This document shows, one piece after another, positions 1-9,285 of a DNA stretch of 64,000 bases. Origin of the DNA: Betaproteobacteria bacterium (lineage in GTDB: Bacteria; Pseudomonadota; Gammaproteobacteria; Burkholderiales; SG8-39). The notes under the pieces were generated by a model. It saw only the letters and a program-made list of their open reading frames with translations. It had not been told where the DNA came from and did not search any database. Each line of letters begins with the position of its first letter. The first letter of the stretch is position 1. A program made the translations under genes and the position numbers. The stretch spans positions 3,152 to 67,151 of the forward strand of contig SHXR01000014.1 in NCBI GenBank assembly GCA_009693235.1, given 5' to 3'.

Positions 1-561
1 GGCCTGCCCACCTTGGGCGTCTATGTGATGCTCGCAATTCTGGTGGCACCCGCGTTGGTGAAGGTCGGCGTTCCGGCGTTGGCGGCCCACATGTTCATCC
101 TGTACTTCGGCATGATGTCGCTGATCACACCACCGGTGGCGACCGCCGCAGCCGTTGCAGCAACGATTGCCGGCGCACCGCAAATGGCCACCGGCTGGAC
201 CGCCATGCGCTTCGGCTGGACCGCCTACATCGTGCCGTTCCTGTTCGTCTATTCCCCCGCAATGCTGATGCGCGGAACCTGGCTTGAAATCGGCACGGTC
301 ATGACGACGTGCCTCGCCGGTATCTGGTTCATCTCGGCAGCGATGACCGGTTACTTCGTGCGCGTGCTACCCGGCCCGATACGCGCAGGGTTTGTCGCTG
401 CAGGCGTGCTGCTGTTGCTGCCCTTCCAGGGTTCGGACTGGTTCATCTGGACGAACATCGCAGGCGCAGTGATTGGCGCGATCCTGTTCACCATGGAAGT
501 GCGGGCGAATCGGGCGGCGACCGCGAAGGACGCCTCCATCAAGGCGTACGGTGCCCCATGA
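1..561 (+). CDS. TRAP transporter fused permease (4TM/12TM, TAXI-type), C-terminal fragment running off the window edge
   Basis: The frame is open to base 1. The hydrophobic C-terminus contains HMFILYFGMMSLITPPVATAAAVAA and IVPFLFVYSPAML, typical of fused TRAP permeases. The TGA stop overlaps the next start (ATGA at 558-561). Confidence 0.6.
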   Translation, partial: GLPTLGVYVMLAILVAPALVKVGVPALAAHMFILYFGMMSLITPPVATAAAVAATIAGAPQMATGWTAMRFGWTAYIVPFLFVYSPAMLMRGTWLEIGTVMTTCLAGIWFISAAMTGYFVRVLPGPIRAGFVAAGVLLLLPFQGSDWFIWTNIAGAVIGAILFTMEVRANRAATAKDASIKAYGAP

Positions 562-1409
562 CAGCGCAACCCAACGCCGCTGCGCCGGCCGGCTCGATCA
601 AGCTTGCCGATCTCACGGTACATCGCCTTGGATTCGGCGCGATGCGTATTTGCAGCGGCTATACATGGGGCATGCCGAAGGATCGCCCCGGTGCGTTGCA
701 GGTTCTGAAGCAGGTCGTAGCGCTTGGTATCAACTTCATCGACACCGCCGACAGCTATGGCCCCGAAGTCTCCGAAACGCTGATTGCCGAGGCGCTGCAT
801 CCGTATCCGGCGGGCATCGTGATCGCCACCAAAGGCGGCTACACCAGGCCGAATGAAGGAAGCTGGGTAGCGAACGGCCATCCGGATCATTTGCGCAAGG
901 CACTGGAAGGCAGCCTCAAGCGACTCAGGCTCAATTGCATCGACGTCTATCAGCTTCACACGCCCGATCCGCGGGTACCGTTCACCGATTCAGTGGGGGC
1001 GCTGGCCGCGCTGCAACGCGCCGGCAAGATCCGGCATATCGGCCTATCAAACGTGTCGGTGCAGCAGCTCAACGAGGCACGTCGGATCGCACCGATCGTC
1101 TCGGTGCAGAACCACTATAACTACGAAGACCAGAGCGACGAGAGTGTGCTGGCCGCCTGCGAACGATTGGGCATCGCTTATATTCCGTGGTATCCGCTTG
1201 GCGCCGGCCAATCGCTGAAATCGGCGAAGCTGAAGAAAATCGCTCTGCAACACGGCGCGACGAGCGTCCAAGTGGCGCTTGCTTGGCTACTCGCGCGGTC
1301 GCCGGTGATGCTGCCGATTCCAGGCACCGGGAAGCTCGCGCATCTCGAAGAGAATGTCGGTGCGGCGGGATTGCGGTTGTCAGCCGAACAAATGCAGACG
1401 TTACGATAA
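558..1409 (+). CDS. aldo/keto reductase
   Basis: ATG at 558 lies in frame within ORF 309..1409. AKR hallmarks: GINFIDTADSYG, LKRLRLNCIDVYQLH, IRHIGLSN, PIPGTGKLAHLEEN. The upstream part of the ORF overlaps the TRAP permease and looks spurious. Confidence 0.85.
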   Translation: MTAQPNAAAPAGSIKLADLTVHRLGFGAMRICSGYTWGMPKDRPGALQVLKQVVALGINFIDTADSYGPEVSETLIAEALHPYPAGIVIATKGGYTRPNEGSWVANGHPDHLRKALEGSLKRLRLNCIDVYQLHTPDPRVPFTDSVGALAALQRAGKIRHIGLSNVSVQQLNEARRIAPIVSVQNHYNYEDQSDESVLAACERLGIAYIPWYPLGAGQSLKSAKLKKIALQHGATSVQVALAWLLARSPVMLPIPGTGKLAHLEENVGAAGLRLSAEQMQTLR

Positions 1410-1413
1410 CAAG

Positions 1414-2229
1414 CTAGACCTTGCCAAACGCCGCCAGAATCCTCTCAAAGCGCGCGCTGAACCAGGTCTTCGGCGCCGCGTGGGTGAAGATATAGAGTTC
1501 CTTGTCACGCATTGCGCGTAACACCCGTTCGCCCACCACCTCGGGTGCAAGACCCGCAGCCAGCGCCGCCTGTAGCCCTGCCGCGCCATACCGTTGATAG
1601 GCGCCGCCAAAGCGCGCCGGACGATTGCTGCCCGAGGCATGAATGCGGGTGTTCACCGCAGCGGGTGCAAGGATCGACACACCGATGTTCGAGCCGGCCA
1701 AATCCTGATGCAACGCCTCGGTAAGCGCGACGACTGCATACTTGGTGGTCGCATAGGGTCCCAAGCGGAAGTCCGGATTGACCCAGAAGCCCGCGACCGA
1801 GGCGGTGTTCACGATATGCCCGCCCTCCCCGTGCTTGCGAACCAGCGGCAGAAAATGTCGGATGCCATTGATGACGCCATACACATTAACGCCGATGATC
1901 CAATCCCATTCGCGGTCTTCGACGTCGGCCACCGATCCGCCGCCCAGCTCGACGCCCGCGTTGTTGAACACCAGATGAACCTTGCCAAGCTCGCGGTCGA
2001 TGTGCACCGCAGCTGCCTTGACCGCCTCGCGATCCGAGACATCGAGTTGCACCGCGATTGCTCGCACACCCAGGGCCGCGATTTCTTGCCGCGCAGCGTC
2101 GAGGGCGGCCTCCTGAATATCGACCAGCGCGACATTCACGCCTGCTTTGGCAAGTACGCGGGAGATGCCAAGACCGATGCCGGATGCAGCCCCGGTGACG
2201 ATGGCGCCTTTTCCATTGAGATCGTGCAT
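1414..2229 (-). CDS. SDR family oxidoreductase
   Basis: N-terminal TGAASGIGLG Rossmann motif, NNAG motif, and a YATTK (YxxxK) catalytic motif. Confidence 0.85.
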   Translation of the reverse strand: MHDLNGKGAIVTGAASGIGLGISRVLAKAGVNVALVDIQEAALDAARQEIAALGVRAIAVQLDVSDREAVKAAAVHIDRELGKVHLVFNNAGVELGGGSVADVEDREWDWIIGVNVYGVINGIRHFLPLVRKHGEGGHIVNTASVAGFWVNPDFRLGPYATTKYAVVALTEALHQDLAGSNIGVSILAPAAVNTRIHASGSNRPARFGGAYQRYGAAGLQAALAAGLAPEVVGERVLRAMRDKELYIFTHAAPKTWFSARFERILAAFGKV

Positions 2230-2240
2230 GCGAGCTCCTT

Positions 2241-2597
2241 GTGCAGTGGGTAAAGTGTCCGCATTTTCCTCCCTTCGCCGGATTTACGATCTATCGCCAT
2301 GTGGATGAGAAAGGAAACATCACATTTAGCGATCGTCCCGCCAAAGCGCATCAGACTCCAGAGAAGCAAGCAGCGCCCAATGTCGCCTCACCCGAAGTCA
2401 GCCGCCAGCTTGCGGCTGAACGGCGCGCCATGATGCGTCGCGCCGAAGAAGAACACCAGATGCTCCGTCGCGGCCGCGCGGAACGGGAGGCGGCCGAGAT
2501 GCGACCGACGCCGCCTTTGTCGCGAGGCAGTCGTTACGATCCCAATCTCCCCGATTCCCAGCGGCCCGAGGACACGTCGCGACGGAGCTTCCAGTAG
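2241..2597 (+). CDS. DUF4124-like protein (possibly N-terminally truncated)
   Basis: IYRHVDEKGNITFSDRP resembles the DUF4124 signature, followed by a charged low-complexity tail. No signal peptide is visible, and the start lies only 12 nt from the divergent SDR start. Confidence 0.35.
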   Translation: MQWVKCPHFPPFAGFTIYRHVDEKGNITFSDRPAKAHQTPEKQAAPNVASPEVSRQLAAERRAMMRRAEEEHQMLRRGRAEREAAEMRPTPPLSRGSRYDPNLPDSQRPEDTSRRSFQ

Positions 2598-2658
2598 CAG
2601 CGGCTAGCCGAACGCTTCAACACTCCGGATGCCGCCTCCCGCAGCATGACATACTACG

Positions 2659-3492
2659 GTGGAATGCTGTTTTCCAAGCAACCCCATCGAGGCCGCTCCT
2701 GTGAAAGCCGATCAACTCTTTAACGTCCAGAATCACGTCGCGATCGTCACCGGCGCGGCCAGCGGCCTCGGTCTTGCCATGACCGAAGTGATGGCGGAGA
2801 ACGGTGCGCGCGTGACGATGCTGGATATCGATGCAGCCGGTCTCGAACGTGCGGTGTCGCGTCTGCGTGCTAAAGGCTGCACGGTGGAATGCTTGACCGT
2901 CGATGTGCGGGATACGCAAGCGCTCCGCAATACCATCGACGCCACCGCTGCCAAGCACGGGCGCCTCGATGCCGTGTTTGCCAATGCGGGGATCAGCTCG
3001 GGACCTGGTTTTCTCACCCCGATTGGCGTCATTGAAGCCGTGCAGCAGGCCAACTGGGATAACGTGCTGGCGATCAATCTCACCAGCGTGTTTGTGACGC
3101 TGCAGGCGGCGGCGGTGCATATGAAGCGCCAGCGGAGCGGCCGGCTCATCGTGACATCATCGGTTGCGGGGTTGCGCTCCGAACCACTCGTTGGCTATCC
3201 GTATACGGCGACCAAGGCCGCGGTCGCCAATATCGTGCGTCACTTGGCCACCGAACTCGCGCCGTTCAATGTCATGGTGAATGGCATCGCGCCCGGGGCG
3301 TTCGATACCAACATCGCGGGCGGGCGTCTCAAGGATCCGGAAGTCCGCAAACAGTTTGCGACAATGGCACCGATCGGGCGCATTGCATCGCCTGAGGAGC
3401 TGAAAGGCCTTGCCCTGCTGCTTGCCTCCCCTGCATCGAGCTTTCTTACCGGGACAGTCATCCCGATCGATGGCGGCGCAATGGCCTCCTGA
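2659..3492 (+). CDS. SDR family oxidoreductase
   Basis: VAIVTGAASGLGLA Rossmann motif, NAGI motif, YTATK (YxxxK) motif. The start codon is uncertain. Confidence 0.8.
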   Translation: MECCFPSNPIEAAPVKADQLFNVQNHVAIVTGAASGLGLAMTEVMAENGARVTMLDIDAAGLERAVSRLRAKGCTVECLTVDVRDTQALRNTIDATAAKHGRLDAVFANAGISSGPGFLTPIGVIEAVQQANWDNVLAINLTSVFVTLQAAAVHMKRQRSGRLIVTSSVAGLRSEPLVGYPYTATKAAVANIVRHLATELAPFNVMVNGIAPGAFDTNIAGGRLKDPEVRKQFATMAPIGRIASPEELKGLALLLASPASSFLTGTVIPIDGGAMAS

Positions 3493-3511
3493 GGTAGTGC
3501 CGGCGTTTTTG

Positions 3512-5122
3512 ATGTCCTCTCCTTCTTGTGACTACCTTATCGTCGGTGCCGGTTCGGCCGGCTGTGCCCTCGCTGCTCGTCTCACAGAGAGCGGACGGCA
3601 TGCCGTCGTGCTGATCGAAGCGGGTGAAGACGATCCGTGGGTTTGGATTCGCATCCCCACCGGCATCGCGAAGATCGTCGTCGGGCAGCGCGCGCTATGG
3701 CGCTTCACGACCGAATCCGAAGCAGGACTTGGCCACCGTCCGCTTTTTTGGCCGCGCGGCAAGGTGTTTGGCGGTACCTCCAGCGTGAATGGCATGTTCT
3801 GGGTGCGTGGCGATCCACTCGAATATGATCATTGGCGCGACCTTGGTAATCCCGGTTGGAGTTATGCCGATCTGCTGCCGATCTTCAAACGCATGGAGTC
3901 GTACGCCAAGGGTGATCCCGCAGTGCGCGGACACGCTGGACCGAACATCATCACCGAGAGCAGCCCGCGTGACGCCTTAACCGATGCATTTCTTCGCGCG
4001 TGCGCGCAAGCGGGTATCGCGGAGAACCCCGACTACAACAGCGGCCATTACGATGGCGCGGGGCTAATGCAGTTCACCACGCGCCGCGGCTTGCGCTGGG
4101 GTGCGCGCGAGGCCTATCTGCGACCCGCCATGCGTCGCGCCAATTTTCGCGTCATCCCGCGCGCCCATGCCACACGTATTCACTTCGATGGCAGGCGTGC
4201 CGACGGGATCACCTACCGTGTGGGCGACCAATCGCATGCAATCTACGTGAGCCGCGAAGTCATTATCGCCGCCGGTACCGTCCAGTCGCCCCAATTGCTC
4301 GAACTCTCAGGAATTGGCGATGCGTCATTGCTGGCACAGCACGGCATCGCGGTCCGCCATCATTTGCCCGGCGTTGGAGAAAATCTGCGCGATCATCTGC
4401 ATGCGCGCCTGATGATGGAAGTCAGGGGCTTGCGCACGCTGAACGAAACGCTGCGAAGTCCCTGGGCGAAAGCGAAAATGGCACTGCGTTGGGCACTCTT
4501 TCGGGACGGCATGATGAGTGTCCCCGGCGTCACGGCCCACGCCTATGTGCACACCGACCCCGCGCGCCGCCAACCGGATATCAAGCTGCAATTGCATCAT
4601 CTCACCAGTCCCGACGAGCGTAATCCAACGCGTATCGTGCTGGACGAGATGCCCGGATTCTCCCTTGGCATCGTGCATCAGCAGCCCTCCTCACGCGGTT
4701 CGATTCATATCCGCTCTGGCGATCCAATCGCCGCACCGGAGATACGGGCCAACTATCTTTCGCATCCGGATGATATGCAAGCCTTCATCCGCGGCATGCG
4801 CATGGCCCGCCAGGTGGTGGCCCAGCCCGCGTTGGCGCCGCATATCGTGCGCGAGTTGCGCCCCGGCATCGCTGCGTCGACGGACGCTACGATTGCAGAC
4901 TATCTGGTGAAAACGATCTTCTCGTCGTATCACCCGGTGGGAACATGCAAAATGGGCCATGACCCCATGGCCGTCGTCGATGCCGAATTGCGCGTTCACG
5001 GCGTGCCGGGCCTGCGTATCGCCGATGCGTCAGTGATGCCGACGATACCGGCCTCCAATACCAACGCGGCAGCCATCGTTATTGGCGAGAAGGCCGCTGA
5101 TCTGTTGCTGGCTTCTGTATGA
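3512..5122 (+). CDS. GMC family oxidoreductase (choline/alcohol dehydrogenase-like flavoprotein)
   Basis: ATG at 3512 gives MSSPSCDYLIVGAGSAGCALAARL (FAD-binding GxGxxG). Also GGTSSVNGMFWVRG, and C-terminal HPVGTCKMG and ADASVMP motifs. Confidence 0.85.
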   Translation: MSSPSCDYLIVGAGSAGCALAARLTESGRHAVVLIEAGEDDPWVWIRIPTGIAKIVVGQRALWRFTTESEAGLGHRPLFWPRGKVFGGTSSVNGMFWVRGDPLEYDHWRDLGNPGWSYADLLPIFKRMESYAKGDPAVRGHAGPNIITESSPRDALTDAFLRACAQAGIAENPDYNSGHYDGAGLMQFTTRRGLRWGAREAYLRPAMRRANFRVIPRAHATRIHFDGRRADGITYRVGDQSHAIYVSREVIIAAGTVQSPQLLELSGIGDASLLAQHGIAVRHHLPGVGENLRDHLHARLMMEVRGLRTLNETLRSPWAKAKMALRWALFRDGMMSVPGVTAHAYVHTDPARRQPDIKLQLHHLTSPDERNPTRIVLDEMPGFSLGIVHQQPSSRGSIHIRSGDPIAAPEIRANYLSHPDDMQAFIRGMRMARQVVAQPALAPHIVRELRPGIAASTDATIADYLVKTIFSSYHPVGTCKMGHDPMAVVDAELRVHGVPGLRIADASVMPTIPASNTNAAAIVIGEKAADLLLASV

Positions 5123-5135
5123 GCCGCGAAACGTA

Positions 5136-6275
5136 ATGGTGATCCTGTCGGTTATTTTTCTAGACATGCTCTCCAGCATCGCGCTCCGCGGCAGCAAGAT
5201 CCTTGTCACCATCGATGCGCTCGGCCTTGGCGCGAGTGCCGTCACCATCGGGATTCTCGCGGCGCTCTATGCAGCCCTGCCACTGGTGGTCGGGGTGTAC
5301 GCGGGCAAGGTCTCTGATCGCGTCGGCTATCGCCGCCCGATTCTGTGGGGCGCAGTTGGCATGGCCGTGGCGTTGGCGATCCCAACCTTGATCGGCGGCA
5401 TGGCATCTCTGTTTGCCTGCGCCGCACTCCTTGGGCTCACACACATTTTTCATCACGTCGCGATGCATAACGCCATTGGCGCGTTCGGCGAAGGCAACGA
5501 CCGGACCAAAAAATTTCGGCACGTATTCGCTCGGCCAATCCATCGCAGCGTTCATCGGCCCATCGCTCGCCGGGTTCGCCATCGACCATTCCGGACATCA
5601 CACTACCTACATGATGCTGGCGCTCGTGGCCGTGGGTCCTGCTGTATGTTGGCCTTGCGGGCCATCACGTTGCCACCCCACGCCGCCCCGCGCGCGGAGG
5701 CGTCAAACGGCACCGCACTCGACCTGCTGCGCCTACCATCAATGCGGCGCACCTTGATCATGGGCGGGGCAACGCTCACCGCGATCGAACTCTTCTCGTT
5801 CTACTTTCCGGTGTACGGAAAGGCGATTGGGCTGTCGGCCTCATGGATCGGCATCATCATGAGCTTCAATGCTGCAGCCGGGTTCGTCGTGCGGCTCGTC
5901 ATGCATCGTCTGGCCCGCCGCTACACCGAAGCCGGTGTGCTGACTGCATCATTGTTCATTGCCGGGGTCTGCTATGTGTTGCTGCCGATGGCCACCGACA
6001 TCGTGATTTTGTCGGCGCTGTCATTCGTGCTTGGCTTTGGGCTGGGTTCCGCCCAGCCGCTCACCATCATCCTCACCTACAACCAGGCCCCCGCCGGTCG
6101 CTCGGGCGAGGCGCTTCGCCTGCGGCTCACCATCAACAAGATCACACAGATCGGCGTGCCGCTCGTGTTCGGGAGCATGAGCGCAGCCCTCGGTGTGTTG
6201 TCCGTATTCTGGGCAGCCGCCGCCTTCCTCGTCGGCGGCGGGCTGATCTCGACGTTGAGTCTAACTAAACGGTAG
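5136..6275 (+). pseudogene. MFS transporter with an internal out-of-frame segment (two compensating frameshifts)
   Basis: The flanks are MFS-like in the frame of 5136. Between about 5508 and 5640 that frame gives an Arg/His-rich peptide (KKFRHVFARPIHRSVHRPIARR...). The +1 frame (ORF 5413..5757) gives membrane sequence KNFGTYSLGQSIAAFIGPSLAGFAIDHSGHHTTYMMLALVAVG. The first shift coincides with an A6 run at 5508-5513. Confidence 0.6.
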
Positions 6276-7551
6276 TGTGGGGCGCCCCAAAGACCGGCAG
6301 CAGCGCATCCTTGGCCGCTTCCTTGAACGCCTTACCGGGCGGCAAGATGATGGCCACCGATCGCACGCGCTGCACGGCCGGGTCAAGCGCAGGCGGAGGT
6401 ACGCCCTTCTCCGCCAACGCCCGTGCCGCCCGCAACAAGCGCTGGCGCGCCATGATCACGCCGTTGTCGGTACCGACCAGATTTTCTTTGGTGCGATCCT
6501 GGATCGGCCCCATGCTTTCCTGCACCGATGCATCCTGCATCGCAAAGCCATGGACACCGGAAAACGTCTGGTGGGCCTGTTGCCCCTTGCGGTCCATCAG
6601 GTAATGGTTGGCTTTGTTGGCGACCGTGCGATAGGTGCCCGGGATTAACGGCGCATGAATGCCTTCGCCGCGCTCGACCGCGTCACGCTCTTCCTGCGTT
6701 AGCGGTCGGGTCACGTGATGATTGAAGCTGAACACCCAACAGGTTTCATCATCGATTGGCACCCAGCAATGTCCGCCAATCGGATGATCCCCGCGTGGCG
6801 GGATCAATGTGAAACTTGGCATGACCCATTGCGTGATGCGCCAGTAGAAGCGACCGTCGCCCGTGTTGCGGCGCACGCCGATATAGAGCCCGCCATCCGA
6901 CTCAACCACCTCGAATTGCGGCGCTGTGTCACCCAGATTGTACCGGTGACTATCCTTTGCATGCTTGAACATCGGGTCCCGCGACATCGTATAGCGGTGC
7001 AGGAAAGAGACATGGCTGGAGTCGATACCGCCTTCCATCGCTTGCAGGTAATTGCATTCCTGGACGCGCTTTGAGACAAAGCGATGCGCGGGCGGCATCA
7101 TCGCCCACTCGTGCTCAGGCAACGGCGGTTTGTGTTCGGGTGGCCCCATGTAGGTCCACAATACGCCACCGCGCTCAACCAATGGATAAGCGGCGAGCTT
7201 GATCTTCTTGCAATAACCACTTTCAACGGGCTCTGAGGGCACTTCGATGCACTGCCCGGTCACATCGTACTTCCACCCATGATAGGGACAGCGTAGTCCG
7301 CCCTCTTCATTGCGACCAAGCCACAGCGACACGCCACGATGCGCGCAGAATTCATCCATTAGCCCAAGGCGCCCATCGGTGTCGCGAAAAGCGATGAGAT
7401 GTTCCGACAGGAGCGTCACCCGCACCGGTGGACAGTCGGGCTCAGGCAATTCCTCCGAGAGGAGCGCCGGCAGCCAATAGCGGCGAAACAATGCGCCCAT
7501 AGGGGTGCCAGGCCCACAACGGGTAAGAAATTCGTTTTGCTCTGCTTTCAT
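6265..7551 (-). CDS. Rieske non-haem iron aromatic ring-hydroxylating oxygenase, alpha subunit (phthalate-family type)
   Basis: Rieske motif CAHRGVSLWLG...CPYHGWKY. The N-terminus NEFLTRCGPGTPMGALFRRYWLPAL is typical of the family. Start chosen at MKAEQ (7551); 7578 is an alternative. Confidence 0.85.
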   Translation of the reverse strand: MKAEQNEFLTRCGPGTPMGALFRRYWLPALLSEELPEPDCPPVRVTLLSEHLIAFRDTDGRLGLMDEFCAHRGVSLWLGRNEEGGLRCPYHGWKYDVTGQCIEVPSEPVESGYCKKIKLAAYPLVERGGVLWTYMGPPEHKPPLPEHEWAMMPPAHRFVSKRVQECNYLQAMEGGIDSSHVSFLHRYTMSRDPMFKHAKDSHRYNLGDTAPQFEVVESDGGLYIGVRRNTGDGRFYWRITQWVMPSFTLIPPRGDHPIGGHCWVPIDDETCWVFSFNHHVTRPLTQEERDAVERGEGIHAPLIPGTYRTVANKANHYLMDRKGQQAHQTFSGVHGFAMQDASVQESMGPIQDRTKENLVGTDNGVIMARQRLLRAARALAEKGVPPPALDPAVQRVRSVAIILPPGKAFKEAAKDALLPVFGAPHTTV

Positions 7552-7611
7552 GGATTGCCGCCTATTGGCTCGGATCATGGATCGATTTACGGTACCATTC
7601 TCGCAAAAATA

Positions 7612-7974
7612 ATGTCATCGCATGCATTCATGGCCACCGAACAATCATTGCTGCAACTTTGTGCAACCGCTGCGGTTCCGGAAAGCCGTGCCATCCGCGT
7701 CGAAGAGGCCAACATGCTCTTGGCCGTCTTCAATCTCGCCGGCACGTTCTACGTCACCGATGATACGTGCACCCACGGCCCAGGCTCGCTCTCGCAAGGC
7801 GAAATCGATGGCGACATCGTCGAATGCGATTTCCACGCCGGCTGCTTTCACATCCCAACCGGCCGGGTCGAGTCGCCGCCTTGCATGATCCCGGTGCAAA
7901 CCTACGCGGTGCATATCATCGACGGACAGGTGTGCATCGAGCGGGAGCCGCGACCGCTTGCCAAGCAAGCCTAA
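7612..7974 (+). CDS. Rieske-type [2Fe-2S] ferredoxin (oxygenase electron-transfer component)
   Basis: CTHGPGSL...CDFHAGCF Rieske ligand pattern in a protein of about 120 aa. Divergent from the oxygenase gene. The start could also be 7630. Confidence 0.75.
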   Translation: MSSHAFMATEQSLLQLCATAAVPESRAIRVEEANMLLAVFNLAGTFYVTDDTCTHGPGSLSQGEIDGDIVECDFHAGCFHIPTGRVESPPCMIPVQTYAVHIIDGQVCIEREPRPLAKQA

Positions 7975-9212
7975 GAGGTGTGCTTCAACACATCCTTCGG
8001 CATGAAGAAAATAAAGCAGTTCGCAACCACGATGGTCGCGGCCAGAAAATAAAACGCCGACAGCAGTCCGAACGCATCGGCGATCATACCGCCAGTGAGC
8101 GGGCCAATTGCCGAGCCTATCGCCTGCGCGCCGAACAGGATGCCGATGCTCGTGCCGCCAAGATTGCGTGGCGTCGATTCCAGCATCCAGGCCTGAATAA
8201 CCGGGCGCGATGCGTACATGAAAAATCCCAGCACCGCGACCAACACGATGAACCACACCGAGCCGCCGGCCAGCGCCATCATCAAGATCACCACAGCGGT
8301 CGCGAGCATCGACGACATCATGATGCTGCGCCGGCCCATCGTATCCGAGAGGTGTCCGGCGACCGGTGACGCGGCAAACCCGGCTGCCTGCAATGCGAAC
8401 ATGCAACCGCCGACCCATACCGACGAATAGCCCATTACATTGGCCAGATAGAGCGGCAGGAACGTGAGGAGCGCGCTTTGCGTCATCGATCGAAAGGACG
8501 ACGACACCGAAAGTAAAACGAGCGATCGATTGGCGAACAGGGTCTTCACCCCGGCGAGGTATGCCGCGAAACCTTGCGTCGGCTCGCCGGAATGGTCGCC
8601 GGCGGCTTTCCTTTTGGGTGTGAGTCGAAGCGTGCCGAGAAACATGAGGAGAGCCGCGGACGTGAGCAGTCCCGGCACGACATTCATGATCACGACTTCG
8701 CGCCAGGTAAAGACAGTGAGCAACGCGCCCACTACCACCGGCGCGCAGGCGTCACCGACATTGCCGCCCATGCCGTGCAGCGACAACACATAGCCCTTTC
8801 GCTCCGGATAGCGTTGCCCAAGCGTTGGAATCGCAGTCGGATGCCAGATGCTGTTGCCAAAACCCACCAACGACACACAGGCAAGCAGCATGAGATAGCT
8901 ATGCGTAAAGCCCATCAGCAAATACGGAAAGCCGACCCAGAAGAGCGACACCGCCATCAGAACGCCCTTCCGCCCTACCGTATCGGTCACCATGCCGCCT
9001 GGAATATTCGCGACCGCCGCCGCGATGTATTGGCAAGTCATGATGAGACCGATTTGGCTATACGAGAGGCCAAGCTCCTTGCCGATCAAGGGCAACAGCA
9101 AATAGAAAGTGGCCGGATACCAATGGGTGAGCGAATGACCAATCGTGATCAACCACAACTCACGAAACGAGCCGCTGGAGGCGGGCGGCGGCGTCAGGAC
9201 AGCAGTAGACAT
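7971..9212 (-). CDS. MFS transporter
   Basis: 413 aa and highly hydrophobic with a 12-TM-like pattern. MFS loop motif DTVGRKG between predicted TM2 and TM3. Confidence 0.8.
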   Translation of the reverse strand: MSTAVLTPPPASSGSFRELWLITIGHSLTHWYPATFYLLLPLIGKELGLSYSQIGLIMTCQYIAAAVANIPGGMVTDTVGRKGVLMAVSLFWVGFPYLLMGFTHSYLMLLACVSLVGFGNSIWHPTAIPTLGQRYPERKGYVLSLHGMGGNVGDACAPVVVGALLTVFTWREVVIMNVVPGLLTSAALLMFLGTLRLTPKRKAAGDHSGEPTQGFAAYLAGVKTLFANRSLVLLSVSSSFRSMTQSALLTFLPLYLANVMGYSSVWVGGCMFALQAAGFAASPVAGHLSDTMGRRSIMMSSMLATAVVILMMALAGGSVWFIVLVAVLGFFMYASRPVIQAWMLESTPRNLGGTSIGILFGAQAIGSAIGPLTGGMIADAFGLLSAFYFLAATIVVANCFIFFMPKDVLKHTS

Positions 9213-9285
9213 GAAGCTCCTGGGAATCTACGATTGAAGGAAGTGAAACTTGGCGAGAAGAACCACCGGCAACGCCATCGCTGCC

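Noticed and set aside
309-557. Upstream extension of the aldo/keto reductase ORF.
   Set aside because: It overlaps the well-supported TRAP permease C-terminus in another frame and gives Arg-rich nonsense. The AKR homology starts at the ATG at 558.
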